A stretch of 64,000 bases of DNA from the human T2T-CHM13v2.0 reference genome, Homo sapiens, in NCBI RefSeq assembly GCF_009914755.1, contig NC_060929.1. The stretch is one strand, 5' to 3'. The translations under genes were made by a program, and so were the position numbers. Below are positions 1 through 15,799 of this stretch, one piece after another. The notes beneath the pieces are model-generated. The model saw only the letters and a program-made list of their open reading frames with translations. It did not search any database and was not told the DNA's origin. Position 1 is the first letter of the stretch; each line of letters starts with the position of its first letter.

Positions 1-14
1 AAATTTTTTCTGTG

Positions 15-303
15 GCTGAGCGTGGTGGCTCATGCCTATGATCTCAGCACTTTGGGAGGCCTAGGTGGGAGGATTGCTTGAGCCCTGGAATTCCAGATTA
101 GCCTGGGCAACATAGCAAGGCCCCATCTCTACAAAAAAATACAAAACTTAGCTGGGTGTTGTGGGGCATGCTTGTAGTGTGAGCTACTCAGGAGGCTGAG
201 GTGGGAGGATTGCTTAAGCCTAGGAGGTCAAAGCTGCAGTGAGCTATGATCATACCACTGTACTCCAGCCTGGGTGACAGAGCAAGACTGTTTTAAAAAA
301 AAA
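15..303 (+). mobile_element. AluJ-like
   Basis: Dimeric Alu consensus. Confidence 0.85.
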
Positions 304-513
304 TTTGTGTGTGTGATATAAATTATTTTAGTTCTATACCAGAAAGGACATTTGAAGATAGGCCGGAAATTCATGACTACATATATGTACTTATTTTTAA
401 CATGTAATTTTTGAGGTATCTTTTTGTTTTGCACTTTTAATTGTATTTTGATAACTTTGCTGTTTTTGGTCACTAAATAAGAAGTATTATGATGTGGATA
501 TTTGATTTAACAG

Positions 514-588
514 AGCTACCATAGAGGAGGCATACTCCAGGTCAATGACAAAACTAGCAAAATCTGCAAGCAATTATTCACAACTTGG
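514..588 (+). CDS. FCHO2: FCHO2 coding exon (75 nt; (R)ATIEEAYSRSMTKLAKSASNYSQL(G)), F-BAR domain
   Basis: Acceptor tttaacag|A, donor GG|gtgagt; translation matches recalled FCHO2 F-BAR sequence; phase joins next exon. Confidence 0.95.
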
Positions 589-1144
589 GTGAGTTAATTT
601 CTTCCTCTTTTTCAGTGTTTATTTAGGCAAAGTTCTTAAGGATTCTAGGTTCCTTTTGAGGACATAACAGTTCAAAAGCATAGTAAAATATATGCTTATT
701 TAAAAGTATCTGTAAATATTAATATATTCTTCACTTGATAGAAAATATAATTGAACTTGCTGAATCAGTCAATGCAGTCAAAACTAAATGAAATTTATTT
801 TTTCCCTTTTTAAAAACTAGTCATTCAATAGTGTTTGAGATTATAAATGTTATCTTATGCACATGCAATGTATTTATTCTAGTTGTCTGTAAGTTCCTAT
901 TTAAATTCTGTTGTAGTTTAACAGTGATCTTTAAAAACTCACTTAAGATAAACTTTATTGAAATGATTAAGATGCATTAAAAATGTCTCCTGTGATTTTA
1001 TAGACTGTCATTAAATCTTCCTTTTAAAAATTTGTATTAAAAATGTGTTCCTTGAAAAATGAAAATAATGAAAAGAATACATTTAAAATGAGATGTGCTC
1101 ATTGCCATAACAATTATGGAAAGAATAATTATCTAAAAATTGGG

Positions 1145-1392
1145 CTTTTGCATGTTTAAATTCACAGAAACTTTATTTTTGATGAAGTATTTTAAATGGA
1201 ATACTTGTTTTAAATTGAAGTTTGATAATAGTTAATTTTTAACAATAGACAGTGATAGAAAGGCTTCTGATACAAGTATAAATACTAAATCAATTCAGAA
1301 ATTAATATAATTAAGAGGGTTAAGACTTGTGATAATGTAATTAACCCATTTCTATATTCCTGAGGTCCAAAAATATTTTAAATAACCAATGA
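1145..1392 (+). repeat. Diverged direct duplication, copy 1
   Basis: Colinear with 2909-3175 (shared blocks such as actttatttttgatgaag, aagacttgtgataatgtaattaa, cctgaggtccaaaa). Confidence 0.9.
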
Positions 1393-1564
1393 CAAAAAAA
1401 ATTCAAGGTCAGTCTGTCAATCATTTTATTCATTATTTTAATTTCATCTTTTGCCTAAATAAAGTTGCCATATATACCACTATTATTTCCACTGGTTCCT
1501 TGTTAGAACCTTAATTTTCTTTTTTACTTTTAATAAGTTATTCCCATATTTTTTATTTTCTTAG

Positions 1565-1706
1565 AACATTTGCACCAGTATGGGATGTATTCAAAACATC
1601 TACAGAGAAATTAGCAAATTGTCACTTGGATCTTGTTAGAAAATTACAAGAATTAATAAAGGAAGTTCAGAAGTATGGAGAAGAACAAGTAAAGTCTCAT
1701 AAAAAG
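1565..1706 (+). CDS. FCHO2: FCHO2 coding exon (142 nt; [47 protein letters not shown])
   Basis: ttttcttag| acceptor, AAG|gtatca donor; in frame with neighbours. Confidence 0.96.
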
Positions 1707-1798
1707 GTATCAGTTTTTTTCTTGTTAAATAATTGATTGGTCAGATATTGAATACTTTATAGTTCAGTCATTTTGATGGATCATTTCATACTAAACAG

Positions 1799-1951
1799 AC
1801 TAAAGAAGAAGTTGCAGGAACTCTGGAAGCTGTCCAAACCATTCAGAGCATAACTCAGGCCCTCCAGAAATCCAAGGAAAATTACAATGCCAAGTGTGTA
1901 GAACAGGAGCGTTTGAAAAAGGAAGGAGCTACACAAAGAGAAATAGAAAAG
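1799..1951 (+). CDS. FCHO2: FCHO2 coding exon (153 nt; [13 protein letters not shown]...ATQREIEK)
   Basis: ctaaacag| acceptor after a 92-nt intron, AAG|gtaatc donor. Confidence 0.96.
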
Positions 1952-2166
1952 GTAATCATAATAAAAATTACATATCTGTGGTTTCAAAGCACCTTGACAT
2001 ACAAAATTGCATTTAACATTTAGATCAAACTGAAAATTATCTCATTTTAAAGATGAAGACACTGTGCCTTACAGTCCTAGTGATTACCCAAGTAAAACAC
2101 AGGAGATTTGTAAAGTATGTTATCTGTGGTAAATAGGTTAGCGAGCACTAAAAAACAATGATTGAT

Positions 2167-2538
<372 letters not shown>

Positions 2539-2908
2539 TAACCATGAGGTAAAATTGTTTTGAAACAAGATTTTGGTATATTTAGAAAGATACAGGTAGG
2601 TACTTGCACATAAGCTTTAAATGTGTGTTGTGGTGATTTATTGCTGACTTTGAGCACATTTATGTAGCATTGTGGTAAACCACAACCTTTTCTTCCATTT
2701 ATGTTTTAATGGAAAGTAGCTTTTTTTTTCTCCTTTCAAAACAGTTTAACCATTTACTTATTTGATGTGGTATATCTCACTTAAGAATGAGCCATGTGGA
2801 GTGATAATTTTGAAAGCTTTGTAAAATGTTTGAAATATCCAGTAAAAAAGGAAACCAAATTGTACCAATTGTATGATTATGACTATAAAACAGCTGTGTA
2901 TTTATATA

Positions 2909-3175
2909 CTTTTACATGTTTAAATGCACAGATACTTTATTTTTGATGAAGCATATTAAACGGAATACTAGTTTTACATTGAAGTTTGATAAGAGTTAAT
3001 TTTTAACAACAGATGATGATAGAAAGTCTTCTGTTACAAGTCTGAATAACCAAATCAACTCAGAAATTAATATCATATAATTAAATAAGAGGGGCTGTTA
3101 CAAGACTTGTGATAATGTAATTAATCCATTTCTATATACCTGAGGTCCAAAATATTTTAAACAACTAACCAATGA
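2909..3175 (+). repeat. Diverged direct duplication, copy 2
   Basis: Colinear with 1145-1392, with small indels. Confidence 0.9.
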
Positions 3176-3399
3176 AATATGATATATGACTATACATGGG
3201 CAAAAAACTAGAAGAGAATGTGGAAAAATGAAAATAGGTGATTTAGAATTTGGAGCAATAAGGCACATAATCTCAGGACCTTCTGGGGACTGTGTCACAG
3301 ATGAAAAAAATGAATTTGGAGCAATATATTGTGTTTGTATAATAAATAAAAATTGGATTTGTATAATAAAAATTGGGAGGGGCCAAAATGAGACACAGT

Positions 3400-4650
3400 A
3401 AATTCATGGTTTGAAAACACCCTCTGCTTCAGACATAGCAATTATGAATAAAATATAAAAAGGGAAAACGAAATAACAGGGTCCAAAAAGAATAATATTT
3501 TATCTCTGTGGGCCAGAATAGAACAGAAATCCAAAATGGCACGTAGAGATTGATTATGCAAGCTGTTGAACTCAAAAGTCCTAAAGTAGGCAGTGGGATT
3601 TGGCTCTTACGTGGCAAAAGGGACTAAAAGCTCCCCTCTTAGGATGAGGTACAAAGAGCCTGGCTCATTGCCTGAAACTATAGATAGGGAGAAAAGAAGG
3701 CTCTTGGGTTGCTGACAAGAACTAAAGCCTTATTGAAAGTTGGGGATTTAGGGACACAGATACAGAGACACAATCCTGACTTGAAATCAAGCCAAGGAAT
3801 CATTTCATGACTATTTTGGCCATATCTACAATATTCTTGCAGGGAAGTAATTAAAAATTACTTTCATAAGACTGAAATGAAATTGGGGCCTTGGAGGGGT
3901 GGCAGGAGATAACCTGAAAACTGCTTGGGGATGGGTGAGCATAAAGTATAAAGCATAACACAATTCTAGGAGGTACCATTTATGTTTTATTCTATGAATG
4001 TCCAGCAGTACTGATGAAGGGCGAGAGAGAAGAAGAGAAAAGAGGGCAAAATAAAAAAAAAAAACTCCTATTCTGAATGAGCAAACAACCAAAATTGTAG
4101 CACACACCTAAGAAATCTAATACTAGAACAACCAATAAATTCAATAATTGGAATAAGAATTTACTCCAGATGAAATTTAAATTTATAAAAAATGAACAAA
4201 AACGATGTGTCTTGAGGATGTTCAAATAAATAAACATAAACTTACATTAAAGAAGATTAAGAAATTAAACGTAATGAAACAAGATCTACTAGATAGAAAA
4301 AAACAGCTAATTAGAAAACTTGGAAATGAAAAATAGAGTTATTGAACTTTTTAAAAAGCAATAGAGAAAAGAAACTTTAGACTTGATATAGTCAAAGAAT
4401 GAGTTTTGAAGATAGTATGGAGGGACCTTATCCAGAACATAGTAGGAGAAGCAAACGTTACCAACATTCATCTAATACTAATTTCAGAAGGAAAAAATGG
4501 AGGAAATGGAAGGACAAGTAATATTTGAAGAGTTAACAGCTCAAAATGTTTCAGAATTGAAGAAATTCAAGAGCCCTCATATTGAAAGTACATTATAGGT
4601 ATTAAGCAGGTTAAATAAATTCAGACCTAGACCCCAGAGAAAAAGAAAAT
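3400..4650 (+). mobile_element. Old LINE-1-related 5'/ORF1 remnant (L1M- or HAL1-like)
   Basis: A-rich, with L1 ORF1-like motifs (aatatttgaagag...aatgtttcagaattg); subfamily uncertain. Confidence 0.45.
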
Positions 4651-4948
4651 GGGTATTTTTTTTTCCTCATATGAAATCAGAATGCATTTTCAATTGATGG
4701 TATTGTATAGTCATGGTTGGTAAGATAGCTTTTATGGTGTAGTTGAATTGCCTGTACAAACTTCGTTGCATGATTGGACAGCTACAATGCTTTGATATTT
4801 CAGTTAACAGACCTTTTAAGGACCATTTGAGGAAGTAATGGCTTTGATTATTTTCTGAAAATCTTTTAGTGATACCTTTTGGTAAGATCAAGTGCTTGGA
4901 AGAAAACCTGAAGATAATAATGGAGCACTTTAAAGAAATGGTCTGTCA

Positions 4949-6215
4949 ACTGACAAAAACAAGCAATGGGGAAAGGATTCCCTATTCAATAAATGGTTCT
5001 GGGATAACTGGCTAGCCATATGCAGAAAATTGAAACTGGACCCCTTTTTTACACCATATACAAAAATCATCTCCAGATGGATTAAAGACTTAAATGTAAA
5101 ACCCAAAACTATAAAAACTCTGGAAGACACCTGAGGCAATACCATTCTGGACATAGGAATGGGCAAAGATTTCATGGCAAAGACACCAAAAGCAATTGCA
5201 ACAAAAACAAAAATTGACAAATAGGATCTAATTAAACGTAATGGTTTCTGCACAGCAAAAGAAACTATCAAAAGAGTAAATAGACAACCTGTAGAATGGG
5301 AGAAAATGTTTGCAAACTATGCATCTGACAAAGGTCTGACATCCAGCATCTATAAGGCACTTAAACAAATTTACAAGAGAAAAACAACCCTATTAAAAAG
5401 TGGGCAAAGGACATGAACAGACACTTCTCAAAAGAAGACATACATGCAGCCAACAAGCATATGAAAAAAAGCTCAACATCACTGATGATCAGAGAAATGC
5501 AAATCAAAACCACAATGAGATACCATCTCACACTAGTCAGAATGACTATTATTAAAAAGTCAAATAACAGATGCTGGCAAGGTTGTGGAGAAAAGGGAAT
5601 GCTTATACACTGTTGGTGGGAGTGTAAATTAATTCAGCCATTGTGGAAAGCAGTGTGTGGCGATTCTTCAAAGAGCTAAAAACAGAACTACCATTCACCC
5701 CAGCAGTCCCATTACTGGATATATCCCCAAAGGAATATAAATCGTTGTACCATAAAGACACATGCATGTGAATATTAATTGCAGCACTATTCACAATATC
5801 TAAATGCCCATCAGTGACATTTGATAAAGAAAATGTGGTACATATTCATTGTGGAATACTATGCAGCCATAAAAAAGAATGAGATTATATCTTTTGTGGG
5901 AACATGGGTGGAGCTGGAGCCCATTATTCTTAGCAAACTAATGCAGGAACAGAAAACCAAATATTGCATGTTCTCACTTATAAGTGGGAACTAAACAATG
6001 AGAACACATAGAGAGGAACAACAGACACTGGGGCCTACTGGAGGAGAGAGGGTGGGGAGAAGGGAAGAAGGAGAGGATCAGAAAAAATACCTGTCAGTTA
6101 CTGTGCTTATTACCTGGATGACGCATAAGCTGTGCACCACACCCCCGTGACACACAGTTTACCTATATAAGAAACCTTCACATGTTCCCCTGAACCTAAA
6201 ATAAAAGTTAAAAAA
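4949..6215 (+). mobile_element. 5'-truncated L1P element (ORF2 C-terminus plus 3'UTR)
   Basis: ORF 5413..5679 [19 protein letters not shown]... is L1 ORF2; G-rich 3'UTR, aataaa/A tail; degenerate TSD at 4932-4948 and 6214-6230. Confidence 0.92.
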
Positions 6216-6289
6216 GGAAATGCTTTGTCAGTAAACAGAAAACTGAAAATAATTTGAAAGAAATAATCATAATACATATAAATGTCTTG

Positions 6290-6998
6290 GACTCCTGGTG
6301 TGGTTTGTTTTCTGTTGCTTATGACAGAATACCTGAAACTGGGTAATTTTTTTTTTTTTTGAGACAGAGTCTCACTCTGTTACCCAGGCTAGGGTGCAGT
6401 AGCCGCATCTCAGCTCACTGCAACCTCCGCCTCCCGAGTTCAAGCAATTCTGGTGACTCAGCCTCCCGAGTAGTTGGGATTACAGTCATGTGCCACCTCG
6501 CCTGGCTAATTTTTGTGTTTTTAGTAGAGATGGGGTTTCACCATGTTGGCCAGGCTGGTCTTGAACTCCTGACCTCAAGCGATCTGCCTGCCTTGGCCTC
6601 CCAAAGTGCTGGGTGTGAGCCACCATGCCTGGCTTGAAACTGGATAATTTATAAAGAAAGGAATTTATTTTTTACAATTATGGAGGATGAGAAGGACGTC
6701 CGAGGTTGAGGGGCCACATCTAGTGAGAGCCTTCTTGCTTGTGGGGAGTCTGCCGAATTCTCAGAAGGTGCAGGACCTCATATGAGGGGGCTGAGTGTGT
6801 TTAGGTCTCTCTTTGCTCCTTATAAAGCTGTCAGTCCTATTTCCATGATAATCCATTGATTCATGAACCGATTAATACATTAATAGATTAATCTATTTAT
6901 GAGGGCAGAGCCTTCATGACCGACTCATCTATTAAAGGTCCCACCTCTCAATACCGTCACATTGGGGATTAAGTTTCACAAGCATTCAAACCATAGCA
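6290..6998. mobile_element. MaLR LTR (MLT1/MST-like) interrupted by an Alu
   Basis: gaaactgggtaatttataaagaaa and cccacctctcaatac...ttggggattaagtttc motifs. Confidence 0.75.
6346..6634 (-). mobile_element. AluS
   Basis: Alu consensus, TSD gaaactgg(g/a)taattt. Confidence 0.9.
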
Positions 6999-7047
6999 GC
7001 TCCTCTAATCATAGATCAATTGTCAAATTGAAAAAAAAAATCCTGTT

Positions 7048-7356
7048 GGCAAGGCATGGTGGCTCACACTTGTAATCCCAGCACTTTGGGAGGCCACGGT
7101 GGGTGGATCACCTGAGGTCAGGAATTCAAGACTAGCCTGGCCAACATGGCAAAACCCCTTCTCTGCTAAAAAGACAAAAATTAGCCGGGCGTGGTAGCGG
7201 GCGCTTGTAATCCCAGCTACTCGGGAGGCTAAGGCAGGAGAATCACTTGAACCCGGGAGTTAGAGGTTGCAGTGAGCCAAGATCGCACCACTGCAGTCCA
7301 GCCTGGGCAACAAGAACGAAACTCTGTCTCAAAAAAAAAAAAAAAAAAAAAAAAAA
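7048..7356 (+). mobile_element. AluS
   Basis: TSD aaaaatcctgtt. Confidence 0.9.
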
Positions 7357-7610
7357 TCCTGTTATGTATTTCATATAATGGGATACAATACAGTAGTTTA
7401 AATAAATATTACTCTTGCAAAGAAAAGGGGAAAGAATAGATTGAGTCTTGAAGCTAGGTGATGGATTCATGTTAAAAAAGAATGACATGTATTAACGTGA
7501 GTAAATGTAAAAAGCATAATATTGAGCAAGAAAAAGTTTCAAAAGGATGTGTAGAATTTGATGCCTTTTATATAACCTTTAATTCTCTGTAAAAACAGAA
7601 AAAAGCTATT

Positions 7611-9153
7611 GACTCTCTGCTTACCCCCCTCCCTTACCCCTTCATCCTTGCTCCCTCCCCCACTGTCCCCTTCCCCAATTAATCCTTCCCCTTCCCTCCT
7701 GGTCTCGGAGGACCCAATCCTAGCCCGACCTGTCTCGGCCCGCAACTTCCCCGAAGCTGTTGGTGCCACTCCCAGCCCATGTGGGCCCCCGCAGGCTGCC
7801 AACGCCTGTCCGCCAGCTCCCCGTTCCGCTGGGCTTTCCAAAACCTCGCCAGGGGTGACTTTCTGAGCCGCTTGCTCCATACCCCTCTCTGCAGCCTCTC
7901 CTGCCACTTAGGGCTGCCGTTCCCCCTCCCGGCAACGGGGGGCTGGCGGAGCTGTGCCACGGGGGCCCCCGGGGCCGGCGGGGCCGGCAGAGCAGGCAGT
8001 GCCAGGGTCATCAGGATGATGCGGACGCAGTGTCTGCTGGGGCTGCGCACGTTCGTGGCCTTCGCCGCCAAGCTCTGGAGCTTCTCCGCCCTTTTGCGGT
8101 GGCAGATCTGCATGGTAATTCAGCACCAAACTGTTCGATATGATATCATCCCCTTATCTTCTTGTCCTGGAATCAGCTAGGTGAAGAGGAAGATCATGGT
8201 GCTGGATCCGGATGAGATACTTATTCACTCCCACCATGATGGGGTCCTGAGGCTCACAGTCTGGCCTGGAACGCCTCCTGACTTCATCCTCAAGGTGGTA
8301 ATAGACAAACATCCTGTCCGTTTCTTTGTACATTAGAGGCCCCATGTGGATTTCTTTTTGGAAGTCGTGAGCGAGTGGTGGGAGCTGGTAGTGTTTATAG
8401 CAAGCATGGAGATCTATGGCTCTGCTGTGGCAGATAAACTGGACAATAGCAGAAGCATTCTTAAGACGAGATACTACGGACAGCACTGCACTTTGGAGTT
8501 GGGCAGCTACATCAAGGACCTCTCTTTGGTCCACAGTGACCTCTCCAGCATTGTGATCCTGGCTAACTCTCCAGGGGTTTACAGGAGCCATCCAGACAAG
8601 GCCATCACCATCAAATCCTGGTTCAGTGACCCCAGTGACACAACCCTTCTCAACCTGCTCCCGATGCTGGATGCCCTCAGGTTCACCGCTGATGTTCGTT
8701 CCGTGCTGAGCCGCAACCTTCACCAGTATAGGTTCTGGTGACAGCTGCTCCCCCTTCACCTGAGTTGGGGTTGGGGGAAAGGGAGGGCGAGCCCTTGGGA
8801 TACCGTTTGATGCCCTGTCCAATGTGAGGACTGCCTGGGCAGGGTCTGCCCCTCCAACCCCTCTCTGCCCTGGAAGCCCTACACTCCACTTGGAGTCTGG
8901 ATGGACGCATGGGCCTGGGACCCTGAAGCAGCCTCACTCTAACTTCGTGTTCACACTCCATGTGTGAATGGAGTTCAGGCTGGGAGACAGGCAGAGGCCT
9001 AGGAGAACTAAAACAGTGTTTGTGGTGGAGCGGCAGGACCCGCCAGAGCCACAGATATATGGTGATCCAGGAGGCTCAAAGAGAAGCCAAGTCAGCTTTG
9101 TTGTGATTTGATTTTTTTTTTTCTAAACTCTTGTACAAAACTGAAAAAAAAAA
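7611..9153 (+). pseudogene. Processed pseudogene of CTDNEP1 (Dullard phosphatase); CDS remnant 8016-8741
   Basis: Intronless [22 protein letters not shown]...[15 protein letters not shown]; in-frame TAG stops at 8178 and 8334; DLDET motif changed to DPDEI; short A-tail; imperfect TSD (aaaaaa(t)gctatt at ~7599-7610 and ~9148-9160). Confidence 0.93.
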
Positions 9154-9302
9154 TGCTATTTATATACAGGTAAAGTATTAGGGACATGTATGGGGACAGT
9201 AAACAATAAGCACATGATGGAAATTACTTGTGATGAGAATGTAAGGGGAATGGGACAGGAGCTGACTTTATTCAAAATAAAATAATTACTTTAAAAAATG
9301 TG

Positions 9303-9605
<303 letters not shown>

Positions 9606-9905
9606 TCACAGGAGCAGTTTACTCTTGGTAGATACTATAACATTCATGCCCAACAGTGAATTGGTATGGGTTTCATATCATTAATGCAAATGTCTATGAT
9701 CTAAATTAGTTAAAACTATCCAGAGGATTAAAGTACTGCTGGGTTAAATACCGTTGTCTTCTTTTTTGTGAACCCCAGTGGGCTCACCATAGTACCTAGT
9801 ATGCCGTGACCACTCAAAAAATATATGATGACTAGCGATTACACATAAATAAATGATTCTGAGTCTTTTCATGTAAACCAAAACAAGTTTAATGTAATGA
9901 TTTAG

Positions 9906-10778
<873 letters not shown>

Positions 10779-11112
10779 CAAGCCTTCATTTTTATAAAAC
10801 ACCACTTAGTAGGTACTCATGTTTGTGGACTATTGACTAAGTACTCATTTTATATGTATATGCTGGCTTCATGGATTGTACTATAAAAGTCATAGGCACT
10901 TAAAATGTTTTTGGTAGTATATTAATTTATAATGCTAAGGAAATGAATAAAACTTAGATTTGTTTTATTATCATAGGTAATGTATTAAAGCCACTCTTGC
11001 TTATGAGAAGAAATGTAGCTATTACTTGTAAAGCACAGTTTCCTCTTAAGAACAAATGCTCCAGCTTCCCTTTTATTTTAATTAATTAGTGAATTAATTA
11101 ACTAGTGAATTA

Positions 11113-12003
<891 letters not shown>

Positions 12004-12208
12004 AACTTCCCTTTTAATAATGACTATAAAGATTGTCACTTTTTTATGATGAGGCCATTCAGTTTCTATAATTCTACCTTAAGAATTTATAGCATTCCTA
12101 ACTAAGCATAATATGTTATTTAGAAAGTTGTTTTGACTTAATAATTTAGTATTGTGTAGCTGTTTCTTATGAAAGATGTTTCTTGCTTTCAGAAAATATA
12201 CATGTTTC

Positions 12209-13014
12209 TGGTGGGGCATGGTGGCTCATGCCTGTAATCCCAGTGCTTTGGGAGGCCAGGGTGGAGGGATAACTTGAGGCTGGGAGTTTGGGACCAGCCT
12301 GGGCAACGTAGGGAGACCCCATCTCTACAAAAAGTTTTTAAAAAAATTAGTCAGTGTGAGATCGCACCATTGCATTCCGGCCCAGGCCTACAACAGCAAG
12401 ACTGGTGGCACATACCTGTAGTCCTAACTACTCAGGAGGCTGAGGCAGGAGGAGGATTGCTTGAGGCCAGGAGGTTGAGGCTGCAGTGAGCCATGATTGC
12501 ACCACTGCACTACAGCCCAGATGACAGAGCGAGATCCTGTCTCAAAAAAAAAAAAAAAAAAAAAAGAAATGAAAAGAAATTTCTTTATTAGTTAGTGCTT
12601 CTCTTGTCAGTTTTCTAGATGCTTCTCTATTTCTTTTTTCTTTCATTTTTTTTCTCCCTATCATCTTGTATTAAAGATGCTTCTTAAAGTTGATTTGTAA
12701 TTTCCTTAGGATTCTGACTGTGGCATATCAATTTTACCTTTCAAGAGTGAGAGCTAGGCTGGGCATGGTGGTGGCTTATGCTGGTAATCCCAGCACTTTG
12801 GGAGGCCAAGGCAGGAGCCCAGGAGTTCAAAACCAGCCTGGGCAACACAGTGAGAGCCCATCTCTACAAAAAAAGAAAAAAAATTAGCCAGGCGTAGTGG
12901 CATGTGCCTATGGTCCTAGGTACTTGGGAGGCTAAAGTACTTGAGCCCAGTAGTTTGAGGCTACACTCTAGCCTGGGTGACAGAGTGATACCCTGTCTCA
13001 AAAAAAAAAAAAAA
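12209..13014 (+). mobile_element. Two AluJ-like elements (12209-12575, 12757-13014)
   Basis: Alu consensus with indels. Confidence 0.85.
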
Positions 13015-14105
13015 GAGCTGATTGAAAAAATATAAGTCAGAACTTAAAAAGAGTACCTTCTTTCTTCATGCTTTCAAATAAGATAAATAAAATTTTATAA
13101 TTTCCTGATATCAGAGGGTACGCTTCATAAAACTTCTTTGTTTAAAATTTTGATTTAGATCCAGCCGTTAACCTTTGAGATAAAGATAATAGTTTTATAG
13201 CCAGAAGTAGTGAACAAATAAGTGCTGAATGTATAGACCAGGATTTATAGTGAGAATATCATGAGAGGAAAAAAAGAAATTTATGAAAATATGCTGGTGT
13301 AAAAGCCTTAATGGTTTTATCCCTCTTGACTCAGTAGAGATTTGAGTAGCAAAATTAGTTAGAATTCTAGAGACTACGTGAGTATAGGAAGATGAAATGA
13401 TTCAGGATCTTCCCTCCATGTCTTAAAGGCCTATAATGTTTGATGCATAGTGTTATAAAATAATTTCTTTGTTTATACTTTAGAAATACATGTCTTTTAT
13501 AAGTAGTAATGTTCCTCCATGTAGTCATCCTTTATTTCTATTAGGTTATAAATTTCTTGTTAGTGAGAAGCTATCATTGCATTGTCCATAACACAGCATA
13601 TATATTTACTTGGAAAATAATCATAGCAAAATATTATTTGAATTCTTCCACTTCATTAATATAATAAAATTAGTTTGAGTTTATTTTAGCTATAGGCTTT
13701 AGAATAGATGCTTACTTTTTAAAATGATTTATTCAAATATTTTTCTGATTTGCCATTATATCATGAAGTGATAATTTGCATGCAACAGTAAATAAATGTT
13801 TAGTTCCTAGCCTATCACCACGCTGGGAACTATGAATGTTTTTAAGGCTAAATACATGTTATTGTTTCTGTCTTCAAGAAGCTTTCTTTTTCTTGGAGAG
13901 CCAAGACATATTAAATAGTACAGAACAAGAAGTTAGAGAGAGGGTTGAATGGTAAGTTGAGAAGGTGTGGTATCTTATTTTGTACACAGTCTATAAAAAG
14001 AAAACCTGCTAGGTGTTTGTCTCAAAAGAAATTGCTATTAAAAGAAATTTATTTTTAAAAAAGTAATTTATTTCACACAATCTTTCCCGTTTTATTTTTA
14101 TGATA

Positions 14106-14571
14106 TTTGTTTTTTTGTTTTTTGAGTCAGGGTCTCTGTTGTCTGGGCTGGAGTGTGGTGGTATTATCATAGCTCACTGCAGCCTTGAACTCTGGGGCTC
14201 AAGTGATTCCACCTCAGCTTCTTGAGTAGCTGGGACCACAGGTGTGTGTCACTGTGCCTGGATAATTTATTTTATTTTATTTTATTTTTGGAGAATGGGG
14301 TCTTGCTATGTTGCCCAGGCAGGTCTCGAACTCCTGGGCTCAAACTATTCTCTGCCTCTGCCTCCCTAAGAGCTGGGGTTACAGGCATGAGCCACTGCAC
14401 CTGGCTTATTTTTTAAAAATTTTTATTGTATTTTATTTTTTTAAAATTTTTGTAGAGACAGGGTCTCACTTTGTTGCCCAGTCTGGTCTTGAACTCCTAG
14501 CCTCAAGTGATTCCTCCTGCCTTGGCCTCCCAAAGTGCTGGGATTATAGGCATGTGCCACCATGCCCGCCC
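14106..14571 (-). mobile_element. AluJ plus adjacent left monomer
   Basis: Alu consensus. Confidence 0.8.
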
Positions 14572-14856
14572 AGTAAATTACTTGTAAAAGTGTATGCACA
14601 GTCATTATAATTAGGTATTTTTGGAATTTTCCAGTTTTATGGGTCTCCTTTTGACTTGTAAATATCTGTATTAGGAATGATCACAACTTGTCTTTATCAA
14701 TAGCTGGCATATAAATTATTAAGCAATAATTTAGTGAGCAGCAGAGAAAAAGAAAAAAGTAGGTATCAGGATGAGGTATTAGGAACAAGCAAAGAAGGGG
14801 CTTTCAGTAGGGTTACATCATTATGCTAGGCTGTGTCATTAAAAATCACTCTGAAG

Positions 14857-15239
<383 letters not shown>

Positions 15240-15799
15240 CTAAAATTTATTTGCATTAAAAAAATCCAAAAGGAAACCCGGATTAAGCATGCCATTATAA
15301 TTGTTTTTAAAATAAATTCTAGCAAACTTGGTTATCTGGGTTTCTTGCGAAGGTACTTGGTAAACTATCCATTTCATTTAGCTGTTACGTATTTGAACAG
15401 GGGCAGGATATTAGAGGATTCCAGTAACTGGTATAAAATAATGTCAGCTGTGTGGAACTGGGAGAAGAGTAAAACAAAAAAAATCTATAGGAGCAAACTA
15501 GAAAATTGTTACGGGTTTTAGTCACTTTCGCTAGGGATAGGCAGCTCAATACAACTCAGTAACTCGGATATATCTTTATATTACAGCAAAATATCATGAT
15601 GTGTTTTCTTGATGATATTTCTTGTTAGAAACCATAATAAAAGCAGGCACTATTTATTTTTAAATTTAACTGTATGCCAGACCCTATTCCAAGCATTTTG
15701 TATAACTACATTACTACTACAGCTTTTTTTAAAAAAAAAGGTGATATTGTTCCCTTTTTAGTAATGAGAGAACTGTATAAATTTCTAAGACAAGGTCAG

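Noticed and set aside
4930-5794. ORFs 4930..5271, 5413..5679, 5603..5794
   Set aside because: Sense and antisense fragments of a disrupted L1 ORF2
8154-8822. 222-aa minus-strand ORF and other ORFs at 7539-8961
   Set aside because: Antisense or GC-rich shadow frames of the CTDNEP1 retrocopy; no independent gene signals
8950-8975. Overlapping small inverted repeats in the pseudogene 3'UTR
   Set aside because: Stems of only 7 bp; too short for a structured RNA call
12355-12405. Extra right-arm fragment inside an Alu
   Set aside because: Small internal rearrangement of an old Alu; no sign of function
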